Positions 41,001 to 50,857 of a DNA stretch of 64,000 nt are shown one piece after another. Location of the stretch: positions 2,837 to 66,836 of IMG/VR virus record IMGVR_UViG_3300032236_000463; one strand, given 5' to 3'. The position numbers and the translations under genes were made by a program. The stretch is from a virus. Below the pieces are notes generated by a model, which saw nothing but the letters and a program-made list of their open reading frames with translations, was not told the origin of the DNA and did no database searches. Every line of letters begins with the position of its first letter. The stretch's first letter is position 1.

Positions 41001-41279
41001 ATGTCTGAAACACCAGATGAGCAAGTACTTAAAGTAAGTGCTGGCTCTAATCCACAGTCTGTGGCATCCGCTATTGCCCACAGTATTTATGAGAACCATA
41101 CCTGTAAAATCCGTGCCGTAGGCGCTGGAGCAGTCAATCAGGCTGTAAAAGCTATTGCTATTGCGCGTGGTTATACAGCCCCAAGAGGTCTAGACCTCAA
41201 GTGTATCCCTGGTTTTGCAAGTATCGAAAGCCATGATGGTCAGATTTCGGCTATTGTTTTCACAATTGTCTCTGATTAA
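41001..41279 (+). CDS. spoVS: SpoVS family protein
   Basis: VLKVSA.SNP.SVA.AIA......I.AVGAGAVNQAVKAIAIARGY.AP.GLDL..IP.F. Confidence 0.92.
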   Translation: MSETPDEQVLKVSAGSNPQSVASAIAHSIYENHTCKIRAVGAGAVNQAVKAIAIARGYTAPRGLDLKCIPGFASIESHDGQISAIVFTIVSD

Positions 41280-41348
41280 ACACTGACTATTTAGTTTTTA
41301 AGCCTTAAACTTTAATAAGGAATTCCTTTCAACCCTAAAGAGGTAGAC

Positions 41349-41675
41349 ATGGCAAAAAACATTGCCCCACTTCCAGCGTCTGGTTCAGCTCCTGCTGCCT
41401 CAGGTGCAGTAAACAACGTATCTGGTGCACCGTCCCCGCATACCATTGTTGTTGCTCGTAAAGCAGCCCAGGCTGCTGACCCAGCACTACAGCCACTTGG
41501 TAAGCATCCATACGCACCACGAGAAGTAAGCGGTGCTTCATATGGTACTCAGGTAGGATTTGAAGCAGCTCAGGCTCCAGAAGCAGGTCTTACCCAGGCT
41601 AATGGTCGCTTGATGCAGAGCGCAATTAATCGCTCGGCTCCTAACTTCCGTGCAGGTACTGCAGAAAGTTATTAA
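41349..41675 (+). CDS. Ala/Pro-rich hypothetical protein
   Basis: 108 aa, AAGAGG RBS. Confidence 0.65.
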   Translation: MAKNIAPLPASGSAPAASGAVNNVSGAPSPHTIVVARKAAQAADPALQPLGKHPYAPREVSGASYGTQVGFEAAQAPEAGLTQANGRLMQSAINRSAPNFRAGTAESY

Positions 41676-41720
41676 CACTATGCTTGATTAACAGGCATAA
41701 ACAGACATAAAAGCACATCA

Positions 41721-41746
41721 CCCCGCCAAACTACTGGCGGGGTTTT
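41721..41746 (+). terminator. Terminator hairpin overlapping a downstream promoter
   Basis: CCCCGCCA-aactac-TGGCGGGG-TTTT; then TTGTCA (41745) and CATAGT/TAGTAT (41769-41776). Confidence 0.75.
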
Positions 41747-41814
41747 GTCATTTGTGGACTAAATGTGGCATAGTATGTGTTACTCTATTTATAGTCAAGG
41801 AATAGGAATACAAA

Positions 41815-42069
41815 ATGATACTTGATATCTTAGAAGAACACATCAAGACCGCGAATAGTAAGTGCGTGGTTGGAAAATGGTTAAGCCTTCTAACTATTGA
41901 AGAACAAGATAAATTCAAAGAATTAATTGCCCAAGAAAAAATCAATGCGTCCGACCTGTTTAGAAGATTAGACATCAGACACATGGAAGAAGTAAGTAAA
42001 CATCTGCCATTTAAATTAACTGCTTTCAAAGCACATACAAGAGGATATTGCACATGCCCACAACAATAA
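41815..42069 (+). CDS. Hypothetical protein with C-terminal H..G.C.C
   Basis: C.VG.WL...H.RG.CTC; precedes the phosphoesterase. Confidence 0.65.
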   Translation: MILDILEEHIKTANSKCVVGKWLSLLTIEEQDKFKELIAQEKINASDLFRRLDIRHMEEVSKHLPFKLTAFKAHTRGYCTCPQQ

Positions 42070-43067
42070 GTGTTTTAGACATTCTCGCTGAAGCTTTAAT
42101 CGAGCCAGCGATTGACACATCTACAGTGTTAAAGCCTGCAGTCGCAGCAACAATGCCTAAGACAACAAAAACAAAAGTATCAAAGAAGAAGACCGATTGG
42201 AAACTAGCAGTAGTTCTTCCTGATACACAGATTGGATACCGCCGTTATGAAGACGGTACCCTAGACCCATTCCACGATGTTCATGCTATCAACGTGGCTA
42301 TGCAGATTCTTTCTGCTATGGAACAAGAATACGGGGTAGACAAGGTAATCAATCTAGGTGACACTATTGACCTACCTATGTTCGGCAAGTACGCACAAGA
42401 GCCGACATTTGAAAACACAGTAAACGAATCGTTACAGGCTGGTCACGATTACATCGCTACCCAGCGCGCCCTAGCCCCCACTGCAGAGATTGTATACATT
42501 GACGGTAACCATGATTGCCGTGCTAATAAATATGTAGGCTTGCAGGCTCGTAGTATGTCTACTATTAAACAGGTGGGAAATGAATTACCTGTTATTAGTA
42601 TCCCATTCCTATTGAACATGGATAGCATCGGTAATGTGACTCACGTCTCAGGATACCCAGCAGACAAGTACTATCTAAACCCACGTCTTGTAGCCCGCCA
42701 CGGCACATCGGCAAAGGCAAGTGGTTCTACTGCTAACATGCATATTAACTCTAACCACCACGAGTCAGTTATTTATGGTCACTCACATCGTATGGAGTTG
42801 CTATACAAGACCCACGATACAAGCGGTGGCGCAATCCAGAATGGTGCTTATAGCCCAGGATGTCTATGCCGTATTGATGGCGCAGTTCCTTCATACAAGG
42901 GCGGGGTTATGACTAATCTTCACCCAGTAAAGCAGTATGAAAACTGGCAACAGGGTGCTGGTATCGTGTGGTATAAGGACAACGGAGACTTTACAATCGA
43001 AAACGTCCATATTATGGATGGTTGGGGAGTTTACGCAGGTAATGAGTTTAGGTCATCAATTAAGTAA
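42054..43067 (+). CDS. Calcineurin-like metallophosphoesterase
   Basis: PDTQ, GDTID, GNHD, HG, GHSH motifs. Confidence 0.9.
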   Translation: MPTTISVLDILAEALIEPAIDTSTVLKPAVAATMPKTTKTKVSKKKTDWKLAVVLPDTQIGYRRYEDGTLDPFHDVHAINVAMQILSAMEQEYGVDKVINLGDTIDLPMFGKYAQEPTFENTVNESLQAGHDYIATQRALAPTAEIVYIDGNHDCRANKYVGLQARSMSTIKQVGNELPVISIPFLLNMDSIGNVTHVSGYPADKYYLNPRLVARHGTSAKASGSTANMHINSNHHESVIYGHSHRMELLYKTHDTSGGAIQNGAYSPGCLCRIDGAVPSYKGGVMTNLHPVKQYENWQQGAGIVWYKDNGDFTIENVHIMDGWGVYAGNEFRSSIK

Positions 43068-43087
43068 AAATGCTCTAAAATTAAGTT

Positions 43088-43627
43088 ATGCCTAGTAGTC
43101 ATCAGAACGTCCAAAATCTTGGCGCAAATGGGATGTACGGCACTAAAACTGTGTACGGCGGTGGTGGTGTTCCAGTTGCACGCTCTGACCTTGACTTTCT
43201 GCGCCTTGGCGTTGGTAGAGTACCTTCTGCTGAGTACCCTGATGGTTATCTAGGAACTATCCGTTCACGTCGCGATGACCGAGGTAGACCTTCTAGCGTT
43301 TCGGACACTGTTCTTAATAGCATGAAGCAACGCCTCGGTCAACGCGGTTACCAACGTGGAGTTCACCGAGGTGAACGGATTGACCCTAGCGATTACTACT
43401 ACCCAGCAGAGTTATCTGCTGAACGTGGTATCAAAAGACAAAAGCGTGCAAAGTATAACGGTAATGTTTATATGTCTACACGTTATGTAGAAAACCAAAA
43501 ACTAGTACCTGCCCCTCACCTTCCTAACGATGGTAAAGCGGGTCCAAATGTGCGTAGCGATTCCCCTTACGCAATTAATGAAAAACGTGTTAGCCAACTA
43601 TCTAACATGAGACCAAGTTGGAGATAA
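43088..43627 (+). CDS. Hypothetical basic protein, probably leaderless
   Basis: 179 aa; TAAAAT ends 6 nt before the ATG. Confidence 0.7.
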   Translation: MPSSHQNVQNLGANGMYGTKTVYGGGGVPVARSDLDFLRLGVGRVPSAEYPDGYLGTIRSRRDDRGRPSSVSDTVLNSMKQRLGQRGYQRGVHRGERIDPSDYYYPAELSAERGIKRQKRAKYNGNVYMSTRYVENQKLVPAPHLPNDGKAGPNVRSDSPYAINEKRVSQLSNMRPSWR

Positions 43628-43630
43628 CTA

Positions 43631-43948
43631 ATGGCAATTAACTCTACAGGTCCAATGCCTGTAACCAATAGAGAACCACATCATAATTACCCAGACCCAC
43701 CAATTAGACCTATGCCCACTTCACCACCAGCTATGCCTAAATTCCCAGGCAAGAGCCCAGATACTGGGCATACTACAAAACCAGTTACTACAAAAGACCA
43801 ACCAGGTAAGTACATAGGTGTTACTAATACACCATCTAAAAATCCAATGCCGAAGACTCCACCAGATAAATCTTCACATATTGGTAGAAAACCCTCAGCC
43901 CCAATCTCACACGTAGATAATACGTGGAATTACAGAAACCAGGAGTAG
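43631..43948 (+). CDS. Pro-rich low-complexity protein
   Basis: 105 aa; shares MPKFPGK.PD.G with 46737-47171. Confidence 0.65.
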   Translation: MAINSTGPMPVTNREPHHNYPDPPIRPMPTSPPAMPKFPGKSPDTGHTTKPVTTKDQPGKYIGVTNTPSKNPMPKTPPDKSSHIGRKPSAPISHVDNTWNYRNQE

Positions 43949-43954
43949 AAAACA

Positions 43955-44569
43955 ATGACCACACTACCGCAAGTTCCAAACCCACCACTACCAAACTTAC
44001 CAAAGCCACCAAGTGGTCCTAAACATCCTTATACTATTAGCGACTGGGGCATGCCCCAAGGACCTACCCCACCTCAAACCTACCACACTCCTGGTCACCC
44101 AAATGATAGAGGTGGCTCACGCGCTTATCAGGGTGGTGGGATTTTTACACACTTAACAGATAAGCATGCAGAGCACGTTACCCCTCCAGCCGTAGGTGGT
44201 GGATGGTCATTTGGTCGTATTGCACATGACATCGGTAGTGGGTTACAAAAGGTAGGCTCCGCATTATTTGGAGGTAACACACCAGACCCATCTCAGCCTC
44301 ATGGAGACGGGATTAGTCCAGATGGTCTTTGGATGAACTCAACTACAATGCCTGGCAAAAAATCACTTGTTAATCCTCCTAAACAAGGTTTAGAACCATC
44401 AAACTTTGTTCGTCAGGCAAATGAGCATGATAATATTATGAAAAATGCTAGAGAAATGTCTGCAGAAGAACCTGATAAATATCATGGTGGCGATGGTCTT
44501 GCAAAAGCAATTGACATTCAAAAGAAAAAATCACTCTACAATCAGCGTAATCAAGATTACAATCCTTAA
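43955..44569 (+). CDS. Pro/Gly-rich hypothetical protein
   Basis: 204 aa, AGGAG RBS. Confidence 0.65.
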   Translation: MTTLPQVPNPPLPNLPKPPSGPKHPYTISDWGMPQGPTPPQTYHTPGHPNDRGGSRAYQGGGIFTHLTDKHAEHVTPPAVGGGWSFGRIAHDIGSGLQKVGSALFGGNTPDPSQPHGDGISPDGLWMNSTTMPGKKSLVNPPKQGLEPSNFVRQANEHDNIMKNAREMSAEEPDKYHGGDGLAKAIDIQKKKSLYNQRNQDYNP

Positions 44570-44573
44570 GATT

Positions 44574-44858
44574 ATGACACTTAAAAAGGATTACAATAAA
44601 GCAAAGCGTAAAAGGTTAAACGCGTTTGCTCATGGCATGTCAAAAAATCCTGCTGTTCTTGCTGCTGAGGCTATTCCAGGTAATGGAAGTAGGGTAAAGA
44701 TACACGAAGCGGTTTACTCACATAGTGACCCATCGTGCTCCTATTGCGTAGAAGATAAGATTTGGCGTGCAGGTGCACCTGGTAGAACGGCTTTGGCTAT
44801 TGGTGCCGCAAGCGACGTGATTAAGTCTAAAGTTAAGTCTAAAATAAAGGGTAAGTAA
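44574..44858 (+). CDS. Basic hypothetical protein (94 aa)
   Basis: ATG at 44574 just after the previous stop; TAATG coupling to the next gene. Confidence 0.6.
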   Translation: MTLKKDYNKAKRKRLNAFAHGMSKNPAVLAAEAIPGNGSRVKIHEAVYSHSDPSCSYCVEDKIWRAGAPGRTALAIGAASDVIKSKVKSKIKGK

Positions 44859-45205
44859 TGCCTAATATGCAGAATGGAGTTTACTCCAATCGTCCGTGGA
44901 TTGCGCCGCCAGAAGCGGCGTACCCTCCACAGGCGTACATTGGTCCATTCTCTAGTAACCAAGAGCAGAATCTATCGCAGGCTCTAGCCTCTATGACCAT
45001 GACCAGTGAAGAACTACAACAGTACGTTCGTCCTAACCTACCCCAGGTTAATCTATTTCCAGACCGTTTTGGGTATGTAAAGACAGCGTATGGCATTAAA
45101 GATATGATTGATTTAGGTACTCGCGTTACAGAACGTGTTGATACTCCAAACCCTGCTGCTCAAGCAGAATCATCTTCTAGAAACACGTTAGGATACGGTG
45201 TCTAA
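44858..45205 (+). CDS. Hypothetical protein
   Basis: 115-aa coupled ORF. Confidence 0.65.
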   Translation: MPNMQNGVYSNRPWIAPPEAAYPPQAYIGPFSSNQEQNLSQALASMTMTSEELQQYVRPNLPQVNLFPDRFGYVKTAYGIKDMIDLGTRVTERVDTPNPAAQAESSSRNTLGYGV

Positions 45206-45985
45206 ATGGACGAAGAAGAATTAACTAATAACCCCGCAACAGGCACTTCAATTAGCCCAATTACTTATAACTCTTGGGGAACACCAGAAGGCGGAAGTCC
45301 AAGCAACTCAGGCGGTGGACGTGGATTTTTTGGTAGTATTGGAAATGCCGTTGGAGACTTTGTTGGCACTATGATGGGTGAAGCTCCTGGTGAGTCTTTA
45401 CAGGGTGGTAAAACATCTAAATGGGGCAATTCTTCGGTAACAGCAACCAAAGACTACCCAAATGTTCCAAAAACTATATCTCTTCCTCCTGTTACTATGA
45501 CAAAGACAACTGGTGGTTTTCAACCTGTTGAAGGTGCTGGGTTTGATTCACGTACTATTACTACTACTAGCACACACGCAATTAATGACCATGATAGTCG
45601 TATGACTCAGCGTCAAGAAGGTGCGGCTATAGATAAGGGTAATAAACACTACATGAAAGATGATACAAAAACTACTACTTCAACTTTCAATGTTCCTAGT
45701 GTTCTTGACCAAATTAGAAACAATAAATTTGTCTCAATGCCTGAGTGGGCACGAAATGGTACAGCATTTCAGACACGTCAAGGGCATTTGTTTCCTTTTT
45801 CCCATATTCATATGCCTAATACTACTAGCACGGTTACAACATCACCTAGTGGAAATCAAGTTTTAGGAACTGTTCGTAAAGCCCCTACAGCAAAGCCGTC
45901 TGTTAGTAACCCAGGTGCTGGGTATAAACTTGTTAGTTCACAGTTCCCAACTGCTGCTCAGCAAAGACAACATAAAGGTAAGTAA
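45206..45985 (+). CDS. Thr/Gly-rich hypothetical protein
   Basis: 259-aa coupled ORF. Confidence 0.65.
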   Translation: MDEEELTNNPATGTSISPITYNSWGTPEGGSPSNSGGGRGFFGSIGNAVGDFVGTMMGEAPGESLQGGKTSKWGNSSVTATKDYPNVPKTISLPPVTMTKTTGGFQPVEGAGFDSRTITTTSTHAINDHDSRMTQRQEGAAIDKGNKHYMKDDTKTTTSTFNVPSVLDQIRNNKFVSMPEWARNGTAFQTRQGHLFPFSHIHMPNTTSTVTTSPSGNQVLGTVRKAPTAKPSVSNPGAGYKLVSSQFPTAAQQRQHKGK

Positions 45986-45987
45986 TT

Positions 45988-46227
45988 GTGGTAAATGACC
46001 CAGGATTAATGACTGATAGCACAGGCTCAGGTATGGCTGGTGCTACAGATGTTTCTTTTGGTACACAACAAATTCTTAAAGAAACGTACTATAATGGTAG
46101 TAAGCCTTGTTTAGAATGTGGTTTGTTAATTCAGCCACAGGACGTATTACAGGGCAGAGAATTATGCCCGAAGTGCCAAAATCGTAAAGGTGCTTCCTTA
46201 GTTAAGAATAGGATGGTAGCGGAATGA
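45988..46227 (+). CDS. Small zinc-ribbon protein
   Basis: CLECG...CPKC. Confidence 0.6.
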   Translation: MVNDPGLMTDSTGSGMAGATDVSFGTQQILKETYYNGSKPCLECGLLIQPQDVLQGRELCPKCQNRKGASLVKNRMVAE

Positions 46228-46430
46228 CCGTACCTTATCGTCGTTCACCCAATGCAGATATGCAAGAGGGAGCCACTGACGGAAAATATCGTAAGCGCCG
46301 TCCAAATACTACAGTAGCCCGCGGAATGGGTGACCAGATTGTTCAGGCTAACCGCGCTGACCTACATCCTTACATGAACTATGGTTTTATCAACTCTGAA
46401 GAACCAAGCAAGGTAAATCCAGGTAAGTAA
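46224..46430 (+). CDS. Small hypothetical protein
   Basis: 68 aa, ATGA overlap with the previous gene. Confidence 0.6.
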   Translation: MTVPYRRSPNADMQEGATDGKYRKRRPNTTVARGMGDQIVQANRADLHPYMNYGFINSEEPSKVNPGK

Positions 46431-46431
46431 T

Positions 46432-46734
46432 ATGCAAACACCTAGAGACCGAGCACGTGAAGCAAGTCGTCAAGCACGTTTACAAGATACTAAGCGTGAA
46501 CTAGCAAACTTAATGGATGATAACAACCGACGTGGAGACTCTGGTGAACAAGTAACTGGTCGGACTTTAACTCCAGATGTGGCTAGAAAAAATAAAGATT
46601 TACTTCCTCATGCGAGAAAAGCCGCTATTGCAAAACGAAAGACGGACCGCGAGTCAACAGGTAAATATCCACTCGGACTTTACCATGGTATCACCTTAAA
46701 AGGTGAAAACAAAAGACCACTTAAGGATATTTAA
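46432..46734 (+). CDS. Arg-rich hypothetical protein
   Basis: 100-aa coupled ORF. Confidence 0.6.
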   Translation: MQTPRDRAREASRQARLQDTKRELANLMDDNNRRGDSGEQVTGRTLTPDVARKNKDLLPHARKAAIAKRKTDRESTGKYPLGLYHGITLKGENKRPLKDI

Positions 46735-46736
46735 TC

Positions 46737-47171
46737 ATGGCATTTGACCCAACTAACAGATTTAATAAGACTACTACCGTTAAGCCTGGTAAGCCTTCTG
46801 GTGAACAGCCAGGCTCAGGTTATACATGGGGTGGTGGGCGTACTGATACTAATACGTTTGCATCTCCAGATGTTAGTAAGCAAACTAATAGAACCCCACA
46901 TCTACCAGGCAATCCTTGGCACGGAATTTTTAGACCAACTGGACCAGTTGGTGGTGGGTCTATGCCTAAATTCCCAGGAAAGACCCCAGATAATGGACCA
47001 GGTGCCAAAGGTAACAAAACATATTCTAATACTGGAACTACCCCACCATCTGGTAGCCCTAGTGGTATTAGTACTACTAAGACAAGTACTAATCCAGTTG
47101 GAGGACCAGGACCTATGGGAACCAAAACTTCAAATACATCATCATCACCAATTAAGTCACGAATCAAATAG
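46737..47171 (+). CDS. Pro/Gly/Thr-rich low-complexity protein
   Basis: 144 aa; motif shared with 43631-43948. Confidence 0.65.
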   Translation: MAFDPTNRFNKTTTVKPGKPSGEQPGSGYTWGGGRTDTNTFASPDVSKQTNRTPHLPGNPWHGIFRPTGPVGGGSMPKFPGKTPDNGPGAKGNKTYSNTGTTPPSGSPSGISTTKTSTNPVGGPGPMGTKTSNTSSSPIKSRIK

Positions 47172-47180
47172 GAGAATAAC

Positions 47181-47864
47181 ATGGCTGCAAAGAAAGAACC
47201 AACAAAAAAGGCTGCTGCTAAAAAAGCAACTGCTAAAAAAGCAACTAAAGTAACGCGTTTAGATAACAAGACTGCTACTAAACAAGAGCGTGCTATTGCT
47301 AAGAAGTCTGATGCCGCATCTCGTAAAAAGGCTACTGCTGAACGAGTTAGTAGAGTTAAGGGCGTTGGCAACCGTAGAGCCACTGCTGGAGAAGCTGCTC
47401 AAGGTTCCGCTGTAGAATCAGAAATTGCTAGACTTAACGAAGCACGAAAAGCAGAAATCAAAGCAGCAGACGCAAAGTTATCTGGTGGAGCAATTCCTAC
47501 TAGCAGATTTAGAAGGACTGGTTTAGATGATGATACTGCAGTAAATGCTGTTTCAGAATCTACTAAAAGTCATATAAGAAAAAGTGCTAAAAGACAAAAA
47601 AAAGATGGACCCCCTACCGCTAGTATTGAAACCTTAAAAGAACGTGAACACATGGCTGAGTATAGAGACCATGTAAAACGAGGTCGTGCTGATAAAGCAT
47701 CAGCTGCAAAAACAGCCTACTTCACACATGTCACTACCCACGGTGCAAGCATTGACGATGCAGACGCTATGCAGCCTTGTGCAACACAAGGATGCGGTGG
47801 TGAAGCGCATAAGGAACTAGATGATGATATTTGCCCATCTTGTGCTGCTGCAGGAAAAGTGTAA
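47181..47864 (+). CDS. Histone H1-like (AKK-repeat) basic protein with C-terminal zinc finger
   Basis: KKAAAKKATAKKATK at the N-terminus; C....C...CPSC at the C-terminus; AGGAG RBS. Confidence 0.7.
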   Translation: MAAKKEPTKKAAAKKATAKKATKVTRLDNKTATKQERAIAKKSDAASRKKATAERVSRVKGVGNRRATAGEAAQGSAVESEIARLNEARKAEIKAADAKLSGGAIPTSRFRRTGLDDDTAVNAVSESTKSHIRKSAKRQKKDGPPTASIETLKEREHMAEYRDHVKRGRADKASAAKTAYFTHVTTHGASIDDADAMQPCATQGCGGEAHKELDDDICPSCAAAGKV

Positions 47865-48337
47865 TGGTTGCTCAAGAGGGGCAACAGTTTGAGGGTCGTG
47901 CAGAAGGACCTCCAGCGGGTCATAAACTATACAGTGTATTTCACGACCACGAAATTAAATCTGGTGGTAAATGTACTACAGGATGTGCTGCTAGAGGTGT
48001 AACTGCTAGTAATAATCGTTTATTGCAGGCACAATCAGAAGCACAAGATGCTGGTACTCACGAAATTCGCATGGGTTACACACACCCTAAAACTGGTAAA
48101 AAACTACCTCTTTATTCTTTTGGACCTAGGTCTGGTCTTGAAAAAGTGAAAACTGCGGTTGGTATAAATCCCCTTGGTGCTGACGCAGGTCCTAGCATAG
48201 AGCAGGCAACAGCAGGTGTGCGCCTCACTAAAAGAGGAAAACCTTGGGTAGGTAGAGGTCACCACTCTTCTCCTAACAGAGGTGGACGTAATAAAAAAAG
48301 CGGAGAAACTGCAGTTAACCGCAAGAAAAAAGATTAA
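47864..48337 (+). CDS. Basic hypothetical protein
   Basis: TAATG coupling; 157 aa. Confidence 0.6.
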   Translation: MVAQEGQQFEGRAEGPPAGHKLYSVFHDHEIKSGGKCTTGCAARGVTASNNRLLQAQSEAQDAGTHEIRMGYTHPKTGKKLPLYSFGPRSGLEKVKTAVGINPLGADAGPSIEQATAGVRLTKRGKPWVGRGHHSSPNRGGRNKKSGETAVNRKKKD

Positions 48338-48381
48338 TTTAACAATTTGTAAAAACAATATAGAAATGGTACACTTTACAC

Positions 48382-48930
48382 ATGGATTTTAGCGGAGCAA
48401 TAGACCTTAAAAAAGCGGACTTAGACCCGAACGAACCTATGATTCGTTTATTAGTATGTCGGGACTGTAAAACAATCGAGGAACTGCCAGACTTTGATGG
48501 CGACCCAAGAGATGATGTTTTATTAAATATCTCAGTACAAAAACACCAGCGACCAATTGAGCATATTGGTCTGTTATTTAAGTTTCCTGTTAAATATTGG
48601 GTAGTTCCTAAGGTACAGGAAGAGATTATCAAGCAGATTCGTGGCGGTTCTGAGGGTCTAGATGCATTCCAGAAGAACTTCTATGCTACCAAGATGACCT
48701 TTGCTGAGGACGCTATGACCTGCTATGCGGACCATAACCGACCTAAAGGTCAGTGTGCTGACTACAAGTCAGATAAAAAGATTCTAAAGCCAGATACAGC
48801 CTCGGAGCGTAAGGACGCAGGTTTAGATAAACCTGGTACTACTGGTCCAAAGGTGTATTTATGCGACTTTTGCCCAGTAAAGTCGTTTAATATGGCGAAA
48901 TTCAACGAGGAAAAAGGTCTGTACAAGTAG
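48382..48930 (+). CDS. Cys-containing hypothetical protein, probably leaderless
   Basis: CRDC and C.FCP motifs; TGgTACACT ends 6 nt before the ATG. Confidence 0.7.
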   Translation: MDFSGAIDLKKADLDPNEPMIRLLVCRDCKTIEELPDFDGDPRDDVLLNISVQKHQRPIEHIGLLFKFPVKYWVVPKVQEEIIKQIRGGSEGLDAFQKNFYATKMTFAEDAMTCYADHNRPKGQCADYKSDKKILKPDTASERKDAGLDKPGTTGPKVYLCDFCPVKSFNMAKFNEEKGLYK

Positions 48931-48970
48931 TACACTAGATATAGGGAATCTACTCTAAAGGTGTACTTCT

Positions 48971-49171
48971 ATGTATTTTGAGATGAACTGCTCGTGCAGT
49001 GCTGCTATCAATCTAGAACTAGGTAAGGACAGAGAAGACGCTGCTTGGTTATTAGCCAATCGGTTTGTTAATGCACACGCAGTCTGCGGATTTGTATCAC
49101 CGTTGAATGAAGAACTACCGATGTCTACAAAGAAGTATGATATTAAACTTAAGAAGGATAAAGAGTCATAA
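48971..49171 (+). CDS. Small hypothetical protein (C.C...H..CG)
   Basis: 66 aa, coupled to the next gene. Confidence 0.6.
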   Translation: MYFEMNCSCSAAINLELGKDREDAAWLLANRFVNAHAVCGFVSPLNEELPMSTKKYDIKLKKDKES

Positions 49172-50100
49172 TGAATTACTACGAGGTTTTGCGTACCTCT
49201 GCTGAGCCCGTAGAAATCAATCCAAGCGAGACTTCTTACTTCAGCAAACCAGAATCTAAGTTAGACCCAAGATTATTTATAGATAAATCATTAGTGCCAT
49301 CCGTGCGTGATGGTGTTTTAGTATTACTATTTAATCATCTTAAATTAGGATACAACGAACCAGAGGCGTGGGCAGTCGCATGGTTAGCAGGTTCTGGTAT
49401 TTCGTATAGTTGGAACGCACAAAGACAACCAGCAGACCTAGACTGTTTAGTTGGAATTAATTATGAACAGTTCCGTAGGTCAAACCAAGAATATAAAGGT
49501 TGGTCCGACAAAGAAATTGCTGCAGAAATTAATCAAGGTTTTAAGAACGAGTTACATCCTCGCAGCGAATCTTTTATGGGTAACTTTGAATTAACCTTTT
49601 ATGTAAATGTGCAGAGTGATATTACTAAATTAAAGCCATACGCAGCATACTCAGTAACTGATGACCACTGGGTTGTAGACCCAACCGAAGAATACACAGA
49701 GATAAATCCTGAATGGGAAAAAGTAGTACAAAATGACGAGTCATCCGCTAAACAAATAATTAAAAGGTATGGAACAGCCCTCAGCGGTGTTCGTACAGCT
49801 ACAAATCCAGCTGCGCGTGTTAATTACGAAACTGCATTAAAACATTCTGTTGACCAAGGTGCCGCTTTGTTTGATTCTATTCACGAAGCGCGTGGAGCAG
49901 CCTTTAGCGAGGGCGGTACTGGTTACTCAGACTTTAATAACTACCGTTGGCAAGCAGGAAAGCGTGTGGGAACAATTCCCGCACTAAAAAAGTTAAAAGA
50001 AGTACAGAAAAACGCAAAATCAATTTTTGCTACAGAGACTTATGGTGTAGAATTACCTGATGTAGAAACTCTTATTAGGAGAGCATCACAACACCATTAA
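49171..50100 (+). CDS. Pol-beta-superfamily nucleotidyltransferase
   Basis: hAGS..SY.W......DLD.hh signature; later ELTFYV and AYS...D.W. Confidence 0.75.
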   Translation: MNYYEVLRTSAEPVEINPSETSYFSKPESKLDPRLFIDKSLVPSVRDGVLVLLFNHLKLGYNEPEAWAVAWLAGSGISYSWNAQRQPADLDCLVGINYEQFRRSNQEYKGWSDKEIAAEINQGFKNELHPRSESFMGNFELTFYVNVQSDITKLKPYAAYSVTDDHWVVDPTEEYTEINPEWEKVVQNDESSAKQIIKRYGTALSGVRTATNPAARVNYETALKHSVDQGAALFDSIHEARGAAFSEGGTGYSDFNNYRWQAGKRVGTIPALKKLKEVQKNAKSIFATETYGVELPDVETLIRRASQHH

Positions 50101-50140
50101 TCTATGATAGGTTAGACCCAAATACTATATGGAGTGATAT

Positions 50141-50857
50141 ATGAAACAGAAAGATACCGTTGCCATTGCATGGGCACATACGCATGAAATTGATACAGAG
50201 TTTGCCCTCAGTATTATGCAGATTATCCGTGAAAAAAATAAGCGTGTAGGGTCCTTCTACTGTGTAGAGGGCACAGGGTTACTGGCTAAGAGCCGTAATA
50301 TCATGGTAAAGCACTTCCTAGATAACACCACAGATGACTGGTTATTAATGATGGATGCAGATGAGCGTATCTCAGTACCTACGTTTGATTTATTATGTTC
50401 CACAGCAGACCAACTTGAACGACCAGTAGTTGCAGGTTTATACTTTGCCGCAATTTGGGAAGGTCTTAACCTACGACCAGTACCTCTAATCTTTAATCAA
50501 GATGAGAGCGGGGCGATTAATCCAATTGATAATTACCCTAAAGATGAAATTATTCCTATTATTGCAGCAGGTACGGGGTGTCTACTAATGCACCGTTCAG
50601 CACTACAGAAGATTCGCGATACCCATGACGAGAATAACCAAGACTGGTGCTGGTTCCAAGACGGACCTATTGGCGGTAATAAGTGGTTGTCAGAAGACCT
50701 ATCGTTCTGTGCTAAGTTACAACAGCACGGTATTCCTATGGTAGCCCACACAGGAGCAGTCCTTCAGCACCATAAACGACTATGGATAGATGCCCCACAC
50801 CACGAAGCCTGGTTGCAAAATAACGAGGCTGGTTCTGGATTAGGACAACTACAATAA
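50141..50857 (+). CDS. GT-A (family 2-like) glycosyltransferase
   Basis: SRN.....FL, WLLMMDAD (DxD), GTGCLLMHR, SEDLSFC. Confidence 0.85.
   Translation: MKQKDTVAIAWAHTHEIDTEFALSIMQIIREKNKRVGSFYCVEGTGLLAKSRNIMVKHFLDNTTDDWLLMMDADERISVPTFDLLCSTADQLERPVVAGLYFAAIWEGLNLRPVPLIFNQDESGAINPIDNYPKDEIIPIIAAGTGCLLMHRSALQKIRDTHDENNQDWCWFQDGPIGGNKWLSEDLSFCAKLQQHGIPMVAHTGAVLQHHKRLWIDAPHHEAWLQNNEAGSGLGQLQ

Noticed and set aside
44574-46430. Shared C-terminal GK/KGK in several small ORFs as a sorting signal
   Set aside because: Explained by overlap with the next gene's RBS and start (AAAGGTAAGTAATG).
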